From Klebsormidium nitens (lineage: Eukaryota > Plantae > Klebsormidiophyceae), in contig DF237132.1 of the NCBI GenBank assembly GCA_000708835.1, positions 62,001 through 126,000 on the forward strand: DNA of 64,000 nucleotides. The letters are read 5' to 3'. The notes under the pieces were generated by a model. The model was not told the origin of the DNA, ran no database searches, and saw only the letters and a program-made list of their open reading frames with translations. Each line of letters begins with the position of its first letter. The first letter of the stretch is position 1. Positions 47,201 to 60,772 of the stretch are shown piece after piece. A program made the position numbers and the translations under genes.

Positions 47201-50200
47201 GCACTGCCCAGCGACGTGAGCCCGGTGCCAGTCGATCCCTGGGCAGCGCCACTGGCCCCGCTTGACACCGCCGGCGGCGCGGACCCCCCCGGGGGACTGA
47301 CCGCAATCACCTCCGCAGTCGGAATCGCGAGCGCTGCCGTCGTGTTTCCCCCCATCGCGGAACCTGCCCCCGAGTTTGCCCCGATCGTCGTGACGCTTAT
47401 TCCCGAACCCGCCCGCACCCGCGTGCCGAGGAACGAGAAAAGCGAATGCGCGGCCGAGCCACGGAGGTGCCGGTCCCGGCTCCCGGAATGGAGGTCCCAG
47501 ATGTACAGCACGTCATGAGTTCCGCTAGAGTCCGGGCAGCAGAGGCAGGCGAGGTAGCCGCGCTTGCCGTCCCAAACGCAGGCGCGGGGGGGTGCCACGT
47601 GGCCGGGAAAGATGCGCTCGCAGCGCAGGGTTTCGAGGGACGAGAGCGCTACAGTGGCGTCATCAGAGACGGTGCAGAAGGAAGAGGCCCAGGGAGAGGG
47701 GGTGCCGGCGGGGGGGAGCAGCAGGGCACGGACCTGAACAAGGGAAGAACTGAATTGTCAAGATAGACAAATGCTTCGCTCAGATTGATTTCGCTCAGTA
47801 TCTTCTTTCTAGTTTCGAAGGAATTCGTCGTGGACACAGCATTCTTGAAGACGTCTTGACGTTGAGACGATCCAATCATGTCCTTAGAGAAGCGAGGAAG
47901 GGCTTCCAGAGTTACGAAGGGCGTCGAAGTACTTCGGCTGAAAAGGTAGCAGAACGGGTACTTGGCTCAATGCATATGCCGGGAAGAAGGTGATGTAGTG
48001 ACCGTGCAGTTAGCCTAACTCTTTGTAAAGCTGAGAAACATGATCCGGAAAAACGCAGTCCTTCATACACTTGCGAGAGAAGCAATCCAGTGAAACCCAC
48101 CGGCCCGACATGCTGGCGGAAAACCGCGAGCGCAGCGCCCGCCCTGGAGACGTCCCACGCGCGCACCGTCCAGTCGAGGCTCCCCGAAAGTAGCACCCGG
48201 CCATGCCCCACATTTAGAGATGGGGGGGCCTTTTGCTCGGCCAGGCAAAGGACGGCTGCCCCGTGGCCCTCTAGACTGAGCACCCCCTGGTTTGATTCTC
48301 TACCCCCCTGAAGCGTTCCAGGGGGGCTCGCTACCAGCGAAAAGATTCTGATCAGCCCGTCCGCGTAGCCCCTGACCAGGCACGTGGGGGAGAACGCGCC
48401 GCCCCCAATCAAAAGGGAGGAAGTCACTGGTGGCGTCGACGCCTGTTCGAATGTTCCCGCATCTTTTTCTGGTGCTTGAACTGGTTCGGATGAAGGATCC
48501 GACTTTCCGACCAACAAACTGCTGCCCTCTCGAAGGAGCCCCCCCGGTTCTGAATATGCCCACCCGTCTGCTAGACGCGCTTCCTCCACAAGTTCCGCTG
48601 CAGGGGGTTGACTTCCCTGCTTTTCCAAGGCCCCCGAAGAAAGCGGAGGCAGCTTCCACAGGGTAACGCTCGGGTTTGCGCCCCATCCCCCCTCTACAAC
48701 CGTAGGGCCAACCGTCACCCGGGCGACGACCCTGCCCGCCACCTGGCAGAACCGGCAGCTGCTGACATCATCCTCCGTCGTCGCCTGCGGGATGCTCGCC
48801 ACCGCGGACAGGCTCGCCGGATTCAGTTCTTTCCCGTTTGGGGCCGAGTCTGGATGAGAGTCGGTGGAAAGAAGCCCGACTTGAAGGCTAGAGATGTCGT
48901 AGACGACTGCGCCTCCCGCTTCGTCCCACAGAAGGAGCCGATCCGCGGAGGCGGAGCTTTCCCCTTGACGCAAGAAGAGCGCACCTTGCCAGGCAGAGCC
49001 GCCGTCCCTCGTCTCCCGAGCCAGGACCTTTGCCCCCTCGACCAATCTCACCTCCCAGAAGTTTTGTCCCACCACGGCCACTAACCTTCCGTCAGGCGAC
49101 ACGGCAGCCGAGACACCAGGTTGTGAATCCCCTCCCCCTGTGAGATCACCGTCCTCCTGTTTCGATTCAGCTTTCTGCTTGCCTGCGTCTGCTTTCGGGC
49201 TCTTAGCCTGCGGCTCTTTCCGACCGGCCCCTCCTGCAATACCCCACCACACCTGGACCCCCCCGCGCGCGTCCGCCGCCACCAAGGTGTGGCACGCCGC
49301 CGTTTCGTAATCGAGGGCGGCCACCAATGACTTCACAGGGCCGATTCCCAGCACTCCGTGTGCCACCGTTTGCACCACGGCTAGTGTCGCCGTGTCTACA
49401 ATCAAAACCACCCCCCTGCCGGACCCCCCCCTTTGCGAAGCAGAGGCCCCCGTTGGCGCGATGCCCCCCAGGCCCAGCCCTGACGCCCCCTCGCAAGCAA
49501 CCGACACGTAGCGCCGTTCCTTGCCAAGCACGGCAGACGCTTCGGGGACCCCCGCCCAGGGGGGGAGGCGCCGCCTCCGTCGGCAGCGGCCAGTCCCGAT
49601 GTCCCACACGCACAGTGTGCCGTCTACACACAAGCTTAGCAGAGCCTCGTCGTCGCCCCCCAGGCCCCCCGACGTTTCGCTCTCGATGCTAGACCTCCGG
49701 CGCTGCTCTAGGCGTTCGGCCTCCTCATAAGCTGCCATTGGAGATGAGGACGGTCCGCCGGAATCGAGAGCCCCCATTTCGAGGCTCCTGTTGCTGGCGT
49801 CCGATAGGAATGATTTTTTTTCTGAAGAAGGACGGTCAGAGAGATCTGCAGACTCTGCACTGGTGCGGCGGCTGACATTGCTGCTGGCGGCGCTGATGCG
49901 CCGACCGCTGGTGTCAAGGAAGGTGACCTGTTTGACTGAGCTCCGGCGCGGGGGGCGGGTGTCTGTGCCGGCGCTGTCGGAACCGTCCGAAGGTTGGCAG
50001 ATTGCCAGGGCTGAGATGGCCGCGGAGTGGCCGCAGAGCATTGCCACTGGCCAGAGAGACTGCATAACGCGGACATTATGGAATTATTTAGCAAGTTTGA
50101 CGTCTTGAGTGCCAGGTTTTGGTCTGAAGCAGAGTTCAATCCGCGCCCTGTGATTTGCCTGATTTAGCAGTTGAGCTGAAGATTTGGTTGTCCTTGCAAC

Positions 50201-50621
50201 AGAAGATGGCGCAGGCTGATATGCTGGCTGATGTGAAAAGAAGGGAGGTAAACCCCTTTCAGGAAGAAGCAACCCTTCAGATCTTCTTGCAAAAAAGCAA
50301 CGAAGAAGCTATCAGTACGTGCAATGACAACCATGAGCAACAATGCTGAGTCTGCAACAGCAAAATTGGATCCTTGCAAGCCACCTCTAAGATGCTTTCC
50401 AGCATAGGGTCATCATCCGGTCAACCCCTTACCTTCTGTGCATGTCCATCATTTGGCCCCTCGTTTAGATCAAGCACCTCTCCTTCCACCCGCCAATTCA
50501 GAATGCCACCATCAGCAGCCCCCGTCCAAATGGAACGCCATCCAGACGATGCAAGAACACACGTGACGGCGTGCTCAGGGGGAGCCTCTGGCCACAAGGC
50601 CTGAGGCAAGATGCACCGCAT
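41234..50621 (-). CDS. WDR7: WD repeat-containing protein 7 (Rabconnectin-3 beta/WDR7-WDR72 family)
   Basis: N-terminal ALWPEAPPEHAVT..IWTGAADGGILNW and LWPVAMLCGHSAAISAL. Central LEGHGAAVLCL..LLSGSLDWTVRAWD..FRQHVGPV and RIFPGH..CVWDGKRGYLACLC. C-terminal YPMVAYHQESMRLAVGD..IDVYDL and AVCFSSDGEGVVAYS..LRWW. Not every exon boundary was phase-checked. Confidence 0.9.
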
Positions 50622-51362
50622 GGCTGATCCCCGAAACCTCTTGGTGAGGACTCAATTGGGGCAAACTGCTTCCATGCTTCGTCCGGTCCTGCAATTGCTC
50701 TACTCCACCCTGATCTTAGAACCAACTACGGTTTTGCAGAGAAGCTTCTATCAGACGCGGCTGAACGAGCAGGCTCTGCCAGGCTCTGCCAGGCTGGGCA
50801 AGGGCGCCATTGGCGTGGTTGCTTCTGCCATCATCGTGATCAAGCATCAATCATGCAGCTACAGTACCCAAGGCTGTACAGCAGTGCAGGCTTCAGCCAA
50901 CTCGAGAGCTTTCCAAACCCTAATTTCAAAAGTTCACTGTACGGCACAGGCCCCTTCCGAGGCGCTTCCTTCAGCACCTCGTCACCCGGTGGAACTTGCG
51001 AGGCGCTGCTTCTCCACACAGCGTTTTTGACTTGCCCTGGTGTCCAAAACGACAGCAGGATGCACAGATTCTTTGCTCAGAGCTAGCCTCTAGCTGCTCT
51101 TCAATTTTGCAATCTTGAGCCCTTCAAGAGGCTTCAAGTTGAGCATGCGAATTGCAGGATCAGCACTGTGACGGCCATGATCCTGTAGGCATTCCACCTC
51201 ACATGAGCAAGGGGCTTCACTACCGTCTTCTTGAGATTGCAGCGATCTCCGTCTGGAAAAAACAAGTTTGATCAACAGCTGTGGTGGCGGGCAGCGAAAC
51301 TTCAGTAGGCGGATCGAAAGCATTCAGGAACCTGTGCTGCATGCGTTTGATTACTACCTAGC

Positions 51363-54300
51363 ATGGCCACGTTTGTTCAGAAGCATGTCTCCCAGCAATT
51401 GAGGATGTTGCAGCTCTCAAGGCAGCATTGTACATTAAGAGCCTTCCCCTTGATGACTTTTAAGCACGCAACTTTGAGAGGGCATCAGGCTTTGCACCAC
51501 CAACAGAGGCATTGCCTCTTCACAAACACAGACAAGTCTAGCATCTTCATACAACAATCAGGGGCCAGAGAAGGAATGCTTGTGAAGCGGAATAAGGTTC
51601 TCTATCCATCAGCCAGGGGGCCGAGGGAAGGGCAATCCGTGAGTGACCTGGTCTCAGGTGAGCCTTGAATGCAACTTTGGGTGTCACAGGGAGACAACTG
51701 TTTGCACTAAAAGCAATGCCCTAGTGCAAAGACAAAGGGGCGACTGCATTCATTTTATGCTCAAACAAAGCATTCTCCTAACGCTCCATCACCACCTTTA
51801 CTCATGAAGGTTATTTGCAGTTCAGCATGTAGCCTGGATCAAGTGCTGAGGGCCGGCACACTCGCTATGCTGGTGTACCACTAGTAAGTGAATGGAACTA
51901 GTGGTGCCATCTTGGTGGCTTGACACTCTTTGTTCTCCCCAACCAAGTGTTGAGATTGTCTTCATCTGGTTGCACAGACACGGAATTGAATGAGCCGAAG
52001 GACTTTGAGCACCTGGCAGACTCGGACGGGCTCCTGTCCATTGTTGGCTTCGGTTCTCTGCTTTCAAGTAAGTGTTCTTTCCTTTCACCCTGCCTCCGAA
52101 AGAACCATTGCCCTCAAAGGAATGGTCCAATAGTTGTCAAAAGCGTGTGTCACCATCAGACTTGTCCCAGAGCAAGCATAAGAAATTGTGTTCGGTTTTG
52201 CCAAGGATTCCACAAGTTTCAAATAAGTCTGCGGAATACATCACAGCGACGTACGTCTTGGAGGCGGTGCCCCCTGCATATCTTCCTAAAAGCTTCTCAC
52301 ACGCAGAATCTTCTCATCTGCGCTTGAAAGTCACATCAGGAATGTGTACTAGGAACATTGATCATCACGGAGAAGCTGAGTCCTAAACTCTGCTTGTCAT
52401 CCACGGTCATTCAACCTCTGTCCTCCCAATCACAGTAAGGAGCGCTAAGTACACTTTTCCGGACCTGCAAAACTTTCGAGTGGCTCGCCTGGACGGCTTT
52501 CGGCGGGTGTTTGCACATGTGGCCCCTGTTTTCCTGGTCAGGGGCATAGCCAACCTGGAGACTAGGGTAAGAGCGTCCGCAGGATCGCTTTCAAACATCT
52601 AATGCGAAGTCGTTTTCGCCCCCTGAACAGCAGAAATGTATGTGACCAAAGAGGGGCTTGCAACACCTTATACGTGGGTCCATGTTACAAGGCCTTCAAT
52701 GATGCGGAGGGGCCTCAGCTCGTACCATGCGCCATTTGTGTCTCTCCTGTCACAGTGTGTGGAACACGAAAAAAGGAAATCTGTTTATTGTTCAGATTTC
52801 ATGGGTCGTACGTTCTTTAAGGCCTCCAACTAACGCAATGATAAGGAGACATGGCGGCGCCTTGATATTTGCAGGAGATGTCGAGCTTGAGCGTTGAACC
52901 ATGCAGAGGGGAGTCGATCGTCGTCACCATGTTTGAGATCGATATCTCTGAGGTAAGCTGAATGGTCCTTCAGAAGATTGGCAAGTCATGGAGCCGCGTT
53001 TTCCATCCCCGTTTGCTAAGCAGAAGTAATAGCTACTGTTGTTTTGATCGAACAAGAGAGCAGTGCTCGAAGATACACCGGTTGCGCAATGGATTGCCTT
53101 TCCCGAAAATCTATCCCGATGAATATCTTAGCCCCTCGATCGCTTGGATCACCTTAAGAACCTGCGTTTGCATGCTAGGTAAATGCGGACGTCAAGGCTT
53201 GTCGTCAGCGATTTGTTGTGCCTGTCCGGGCCTGGCGCTCTCTCATTCGTCCCTTTATCCTTCCGTTTTTTCCAAACTCCAGGTTCCTGCCTTTATCGAG
53301 CGGGAGCACGAGTTCCGCTTCCTTAGAGTCTATCCCCAAAGCGTCGGCTCGACCAGCCTCAGGCCAGCGGTGAGGTCTTGACTCAAGAAGTAACGCAATC
53401 GAAAGAATACGCGCAGCTGTACAAGTCTGACTCAGTCAGGCGTCTGCTGAAGCATGTGCGAGGGGTTACTCAGATGCATGTGGTTTCTCCTTTTGCGCTT
53501 TCTGATACAAGATTTTCATAAGCAATTCGGCATGGGCACTGTCGTCTGCATCCGGCCATACAGCGCGCTTTTTCTGTCCACAACTTTGGGTTTCCTGACT
53601 TCGCTTATCTGTCCGTGGCCGTGTTTCGATACGCAGGTGGTTTGCAGCCGGTATAGCGACGAGGAGTACCGCCAAGTACGCTGCAAAGGCAGGTAAACCG
53701 CCCTCCAAAAACTGCACCGCAGACACTGCGATCGTGTAAGTAGGGAAGCCGTTCAAAGCAAGTTGTGAATTGCGGCATTCCCATGTCGAGTGAATAGCGA
53801 GCTCCCTCCGCATTCAAGACGTTTCCACAATGTCATCTTTCCGCAAACAATTTCATGACGGCGTTGCTTTTGATAGTTCTGACTGATGGGCCTGGAGCTC
53901 CAGCATTTTTTCGCAAACCATGGCCTTCGTCCCCCTTTTGGTGCTCTGCGTGTTTCAAGCCGTCCCTTCAATTTCCGATTTCGGTACAGGTAGCGAGGAG
54001 GAGTTCGAACGACGGTACGGCCGTTTTGGAATCCAGCGGATCTGGGTTGATGACGTGCTTCCATGTCGGACTTACCTACGGCACTGGTAAGGGCCAAGGA
54101 CCTATCTCCTAGAGCTTATATAGCCGTGCCGGAACTTGTGCCTCTGGCTGTGATTTCCACTCACCTTTATTTCGTCGTCGTGCATGTTGAGAGGCTTGTC
54201 GCAGTTTAGTCTCGTCTTTCTCCTGAGCCTGGCTACTCGAGCAAGCAGATGCTGCGTCGTATTGAATCGACATTCTGGAGAAACAGGAGCAAAAGAGGGT

Positions 54301-54527
54301 GGTCTCGTCTTGCCTTCAGCAACAAGACCATCTCTAACTGCCGTTCTCAAACTTATGTCTTCAGTGTGCTTGCGGCTCAGAACCTGTCGCCGGAGGCTTA
54401 CGCCAGCTTCTTGGACCACACGTTCCTGGCTGATAGACGCACCACTATCAGGCAGCACTTACAAGCTGACCCGCAGATCATGCTCGAACTCCCCCCACCG
54501 GAGTTGGCTGAAAGATACGGGGGGTAG
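51363..54527 (+). CDS. Conserved plant-type uncharacterised protein with gamma-glutamylcyclotransferase-like N-terminal motif (5' end uncertain)
   Basis: Exons 51978-52067, 52436-52566, 52875-52952, 53283-53369, 53637-53688, 53990-54087 and a final exon ending at 54527. They give SIVGFGSLLSIRSAKYTFPDLQNFRVARLDGFRRVFAH..EMSSLSVEP..IEREHEFRF..CSRYSDEEY..IWVDDVLPCRTYLRHCVLAA..FLDHTFLADR. The GFGSL motif resembles the GGCT YGSL loop. ATG 51363 opens a transit-like ORF, but I could not join it in phase. Confidence 0.75.
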
Positions 54528-55880
54528 GGCAGAACAAAGACTCTTCTCGGATCGAAACAACAGCCTTCAAGGTACTTGGCAAATGTTTCTCTGACGATAC
54601 GAATCTACATGGGGCTGGGCAGTCCTTCCGATCCACTGATAAGTTATATTGATAAGCTCAGATACGAGTTGACGAATTACAGGTTCCTCAAGATTGGCAA
54701 GCAGGTTGTGTAGCTTCGTTCATTATCAGGAACATTACTCGTCACATGCAGCTTCCGTCAAGGACTGAAGGAATGTTCCGAATAATCTGCAATCATGCAT
54801 TGCATATGCATACGGCCCAATGTATCAATTCTATCTTGCACGGTCGTGTGACATAAGGATCGGACTAGCTAGAACATCTAGCTTGATCTAACCTTGTAAT
54901 GCACAAGAGTTCGAATACTCTCACCGCCACAGTACTTATTTTTTAACCAAGGGTAGCTCAGCTTCATCGTCGTTGCCTATCCCGAGCCAGGATCGGACCT
55001 GGTCCTAAACGGACCAGTTTGGAACCAGGTAAAGGTCAAGATGCCGCTCCTTCTGCACAATCAACTCTTGGCGTGAGTCGCTCAGGGATGCCTTCTCTCT
55101 TCATGCAGTCACTATTTTGCTCATGTACTAGCTATTCAGCTGCGGCTTAACCGCTCATGTGCTACACTTGTCTAAGCTTGCACTCGGGTTTTGATTGCAT
55201 GCTTCGGGCAACCGTTGGATGGCGATAGTGCAACACGAGAAACTCTCCTGTACATGACAATCTCTCTTGTTGTCCGAACGTTGTAAAAATTACCATCTGA
55301 CGCGTTTGCAAGCGTACCTTACTGCCCAACTTGCTTGCAATTTCAGTTGATGTCTATGATTTGATCTCCACAATACCGTCATACATGCATGCACGCTGCG
55401 CGGTTAGACTGCACTTGCCAAGGATCCTCAACCGTGCCAGACGAGAATATGTCCGACGCCGGCGATCGAGTATACAACCCAGCGGCACACGCCGACAGAG
55501 GTGCATGGGCTGCCAGGCAGCTCACAATATGGTCGGACGTGCAACATCATGCATCTGCGATTTCCCCTCTTTGAGAAAAAAAAAGCTGATTGCTGATCAG
55601 CGGCTAGAGTACGTCCAACCTTCATGATCAATCGAATACTGAAGCGCAGATCCGCATATCCGCATATCCGCAAGTCTTGCGACTGGTAACGATCATGCAG
55701 TGGAGCGACAGAAGGCTGTCCTATGTAAGAATAGCCGACGACCTTCTCACGAAGCTACCGTCCTGTCAACAGAAGCTGCTTCGCATCAGCATGGAAGTCT
55801 CAAGTTGGACTGGTATGGAAACGCCCTTCAATGCTTACTTGTGCTAAAGAGCAGAGATTGATCCTCTGTACTTTGCACCG

Positions 55881-58800
55881 CTAATCAATTCCCTCGACTC
55901 GTTTGTCTTGTAGTAGCGTGAAAAAGGAGCGCATAATGCCGTTGCTGAAGCGTAGCTTTAAGTAAAACCGTCCATCAGTACTCGTCTCGACAAGGAGCCC
56001 GTTTTTAAGGAGCAGCTCGACCGTCAGATCATGGGGCTGCGTGCGCGCGAGCACTTCTGTTACTTGATCGGGCGCCAGGCAACCGTTTGGCTGCAGATCC
56101 ATTTCGCGTGCCAGCTCCAGTAGGGCCTTCGCTTCCTGAAGGCAAGAGACTCACAGAGTGGTCCTTTAGGAGACGCTTACAAACGTCGGTGAAAATGATC
56201 TTCCGCAAGCTATAAGAATCCGAGTCGACTCGGCTGGTTTCGTTTCGAAGGCAGCAAATGTCCAGCTTTCAGAAGGAAGCCGCGCCGTTGATCCAGTCTG
56301 ATATTCAGAAAATCCGACAATTGACAGCCTAAATATATGGAAATGACACGGATACGTTGCACCCGCCCTTGGCATCATCGAGGTTTAAGTTGGCTAACTT
56401 CCGAAGCCAAAGGCATCCAGCCTTTTGAACCTCACTCATTTGTACTCCGTCAAGGTCAGTTGTAGGGCGGAGGCAAAGCCGATAACCTTACCTTGCTCCC
56501 ATCTTCGAAGGTCAAGGGTAGCTCTCCCGGCTTGATCGGCCCGTCTGGAACCTTCTCCCTCCAATATGCGCCCACAGTTTCGCAGCGTCGCGCTCCCTCG
56601 TCGAGAACAAACTCGATGACACCTGTACAAGGAAAACGGAACGCCAGTCGTGCCCAGACAGGGAAAGCAGCAATAGGTATTCAATCCGCATCTGATTGGT
56701 GCGACTAAGCCAGTGGTTTGATTGGCATGCCATTCTATGGACCACACAAATCAAAGAATGAAGCCTCTCATCGAAAGAAGTATACGAACCCCGGGAAAGC
56801 CGGGATGGCTAAGCGGAGGACGTCAGAAGTCCAGACACTTTTCATCAGTCTGCCAACAAGAAGGACCACGTGTCAAGAAAAAGAGGACCACATTATGGGC
56901 TCCTAAGAAGGTTAGAGAAGGCCCGCGTTTCTCGAAGTCGGGGCTCCCGGTGAAGCCTGCAAGGGTCCGTAAGCTATCCGCCAGGGTTTGGAGGTTTCCG
57001 CCGAGGAAGCGCGCGGCGAACGCGGCCTCGCGCGCCCTGAGCGTCGGCTGCAGGAAGCGCGCGACTTCGGACGGGGAAGCCTCTTCGACCTCGAGAGCGA
57101 TTTCGTCGCAGAGGTAGCGCCTGACGTCTGTAAGGATACAGTTTGTCTTTTGGTTTCAAGTGAATTTCAGTTGTAAACAAGAGCTGAACACCCGACCGCC
57201 ACGAATCCAACGGAGCAACCTCCGATCGAGCGGCGCAGGCACAGCCACAGGACGCGATACAGCGCCGCTGAGATACTCTAAAGATGAAAGATCAGCTGAG
57301 ACGGCCCTACTACGATGCAAAGTCAGTATTTTGGAAAAAAAAGTGCTCGTGATTGTTTCTGTAAAACTTACATATTTCCGAAACGAGGCCCAGAGCAAAG
57401 CCGTCCACTACCAAGACGACACGTGCTCGCGTGTCATTCGCCCAGCGGTCGAACGTACGCAAGAGGTCACCCGAGGTGGACTCCTTTTCGTAGAAGTCAC
57501 GGCCGGAGACCGCATCTATAACGACGACGGGAAGTTTGCCCGTCCGCTCACGGTACCGGTCGCACGCGGCTTCAAACAAGTCTTCTATTGCCCATTCGCC
57601 CCTCGCTGGAAGAGGAAAGACAGGGGTTTTTGGCCGTTAATCAGGGATAATTATGGGCTGGTTAAAGAATGATTATGTGTTCAATAACCAGACTTGGGCT
57701 ATAGCTAGCGTAGGGGCAGGGTAGATTACCGCATGTCTCCAATGACCTGAGACTAAGTCTCGTTTTTAGCCAGGTTAGCAGCCAAAACTTTTTCCTTAAT
57801 AGGGTTGAGATAGAATAGCTTGCAAGAAACGGTTTCAGAGAGCAGCACTATGGGATTCTCTGAAAGCACGTCTTTGGGAAAAGGGAGGTCCACGGTCCAA
57901 GATGACGTACCAATATTCGGAACCCAGTAGATCTTGATTGATAAAGCGTCCTTTACAACCAACTCCAAACTTTTGTTCCGACTGTTTTTCGGCGCTATCC
58001 TCTTTACCTTTGAAAAGTGTGACACCGAAATCGTCCTCGAAATGTCTGAAGAGGTTGCCAAGAATGTTCTGCTTAATCATTATTAAGGCGAAAAATCAAG
58101 TTAGAGTGACTCATTGCGCGACGCCGGCAGGCCCTACCTTGCAAGCGCGCCGCTAGGAAGTCGTTGCCAAATTTGTCGCGTCTGATGAGGGCTCTCGCAA
58201 AACGACCCCAGAAATCGTCCACCGTCTTCACCTTATCAACATAGATGACCCCGTCCAAATCCCCGGTCGCTTTCAGATCCAGAGTTGCCTGCCGCAGGAG
58301 TGTCGTCTTCCCGGTTCCTTCTGCCCCGACCACCAGCGAAAGGTCTCGCCGGGGATGCTTACTCCTGATGCCGTATTCCACGGATCGCACGAGATCCGCG
58401 GCTTTGTTCTCCAGCTCGACACGTGGCAGTCTGAGCTCTTGTTCCGGGTGAGGCGGAACGTGGCTGCCGCGGTTGAGCGTCTCGTCGAGCTACAAGTGGC
58501 GTCACGAGCGGACCCGTTGAAGAGGACTGTCATGAATGGATGCAGCCGATAAAGAGTGCTGATGCTTATGTTGAGCGGGGGCATTTTAGCGCGATTTTTC
58601 GAGGAGAATTCCTTGCTGCTGAGCTTGATATACAATGGATAGTGAGCAACGGAGATTGCAGCGTATCCAAAAGGAGACATACCGACTCAATGAAACAAAA
58701 CATCAGCAGATCGAACAGTTTTTGTCTAAAGAAAGCTCTGTATATCAACCACTTCGGCTTAGGACGGCCGAGGCCTCCTCGACAAAAGGTCCACGTGAGA

Positions 58801-59935
58801 TATGTGGTGGCGATTCACCGACAGCAAGTACGCCAAACCGGTGCAACATTCGACCCACTGGCCGCCTTTACCAGCGGTAGAAATACCAGCTTCTGCACGG
58901 GTCTCATGAGTTGTAGCGGCGTCCAATGGGGGACGTCCGATAACGGAGCGTCAGGAGCCAGACCCTTTGAGCTTACCTCTCTGGGCAATCGGTAGCTGAC
59001 GTAAGCGTGCGTCAGCTCCACGGAGCCAACGAGGATGGTCACCACCCCGATCAAACCGCCTATAAGTAGCTGCATGAAACAAGATTCGTTTGATACCGAC
59101 AACGAGAAGAATTCCGGGAGCCAAAAGCAAGTCGGATTATTTGCGTCCTGTGTGGGCGGCATGTGAACAAAAACGGTATCGAAAAGACGGATGACCTTAT
59201 TGAACGCTGTGGAGGACCAGGGAACGCTTAGAAGACTCAAGCTCATTGAACATACCGTGACTGACCCACGCGTTAAGGTTCGTAAAAGCTGGCTTGCTAT
59301 CTCACACTTAATCCTCGTTAGCACCAAAGCTGCCCATCGAGGGTCTCGGCCAGGGTAATGAAATAAATTGCCTTATTTTTTTCATCTATTTCTCCTCAGT
59401 CGCTTTCAAACGAGTCTCTAACACGAACCAACAAGCTTAGAAGGCTGTGCCTGACAAACAAAGAAGCTGATGCTTTCATGAAGAGCTGTGTGAAGGCGAC
59501 CCGTACAAGGAGATCCCCAAGTGCCTCCAATACGCTCGCGAGAAACCCCTTTATAAGAGCAGCCTTTCCAGTCCTCTCTCCAGCTTGATCAAAGCCCCTG
59601 CGTCCAGATTCCGAGCCTTTTCCCAAATTTCCATCGCCCGACTCTTGAAGAAGACGGCTTTGCTGGTGTATCAGCCTGATCGTGCTGAGGCGATGGTCTG
59701 CCCGTGCTGAATGCAGGATATTGCGTGCTGCAAAGCTACCCGCGAAGATACTGTCTGATGAAACTCTGCTCACTTTACGTACGAGCGCCGTCGAATGCAG
59801 GGCGGCGGTTGAGCTTGTTACAAGACTTCTGACTTGCTTGTCTACGTGCTTGCTTGCGGCGGAGAACGTTAACGTTAACCGTGCCTGTGCAAGTTGCCGA
59901 AGCAGGCGAGGGGCTGAGCTCGGGCGGAGGGCCAT
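55881..59935 (-). CDS. Membrane-anchored P-loop NTPase, paralog A (organelle transit-like N-terminus, TM, STAND/archaeal-ATPase-like domain, C-terminal winged-helix-like region)
   Basis: Exon 1 from 59935 (donor uncertain), then 59069-58977 (hydrophobic LLIGGLIGVVTILVGSV), 58489-58138 (Walker A VVGAEGTGKTT, GVIYVD), 57605-57372 (Walker B LPVVVID), 57127-about 56927 (FLGGNLQTL), 56622-56492, 56135-55881. One donor lacks GT (56925-56926). Confidence 0.8.
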
Positions 59936-60772
59936 GCTGATAAAGAGTTTGTTCAGATGCGAAAGCGCGTCATATTTTGGAAGAGCTTGGACGAGAGCCC
60001 AATGTGAGGTGCGTCAGCTACTCACTTCGACATTCTTAATTCAGCTCTATAGGATTATCACCTGGCACAATCTGTTCGGTCAAACTGCAAAGTGCGCGCC
60101 GGCGGATGTTGGCCGCGGCTCGGTGCGCCGGCCGCGCGGCCGCAACCAAAGTCACGCACCGCGCGCCGAGGGTTTAGCCCAGGATTTGGCCAGACTGGTA
60201 CGCGGCCGCGCGCGATGGTAACGACACGAACTGTCTGGCAACCGCGGCCGCTCGGCCTAGATGCTGACTCGGAATGGGTCTCCTCGCACAATACCGTCAG
60301 ACATGCGTCCGCGCTGCGCGGTCACTGCACTTGCCGAGGATCGTCAACGATGATATGCCCGACGCGATTGAGTGCACTCCAGCGGAACAGTCGGATATGC
60401 GTGCATCGGCTGGCAATCCACATCGTCAGAGTACGCGACATCATGCATCTGCAGTTTTTACTTTCAGTGGAGAAAAAGCTGACTGATGATGAGCGACTAG
60501 AGTACGCCTGATAATCATAAACGATGTATATTCGAAGCGCAGATTCGCATATCCGCGGTGTTGGCCACTGGTAAAGATTATCCAGTATAGCGACAAAAGG
60601 CCGTCCAATGAAGAATAGTTGACGACCCTCTCACAAGGCTACCCATTGATAACTGAAGTTGCTTCGATCATCATGGATATGTGATTGAACTCACGGGTAC
60701 TACGGTAAAGCCCTTCAGTGTTACTTGTTTAAAAGGGCAGAAAATTAAATGGTTCTCTGTCCTTTTCTACAA

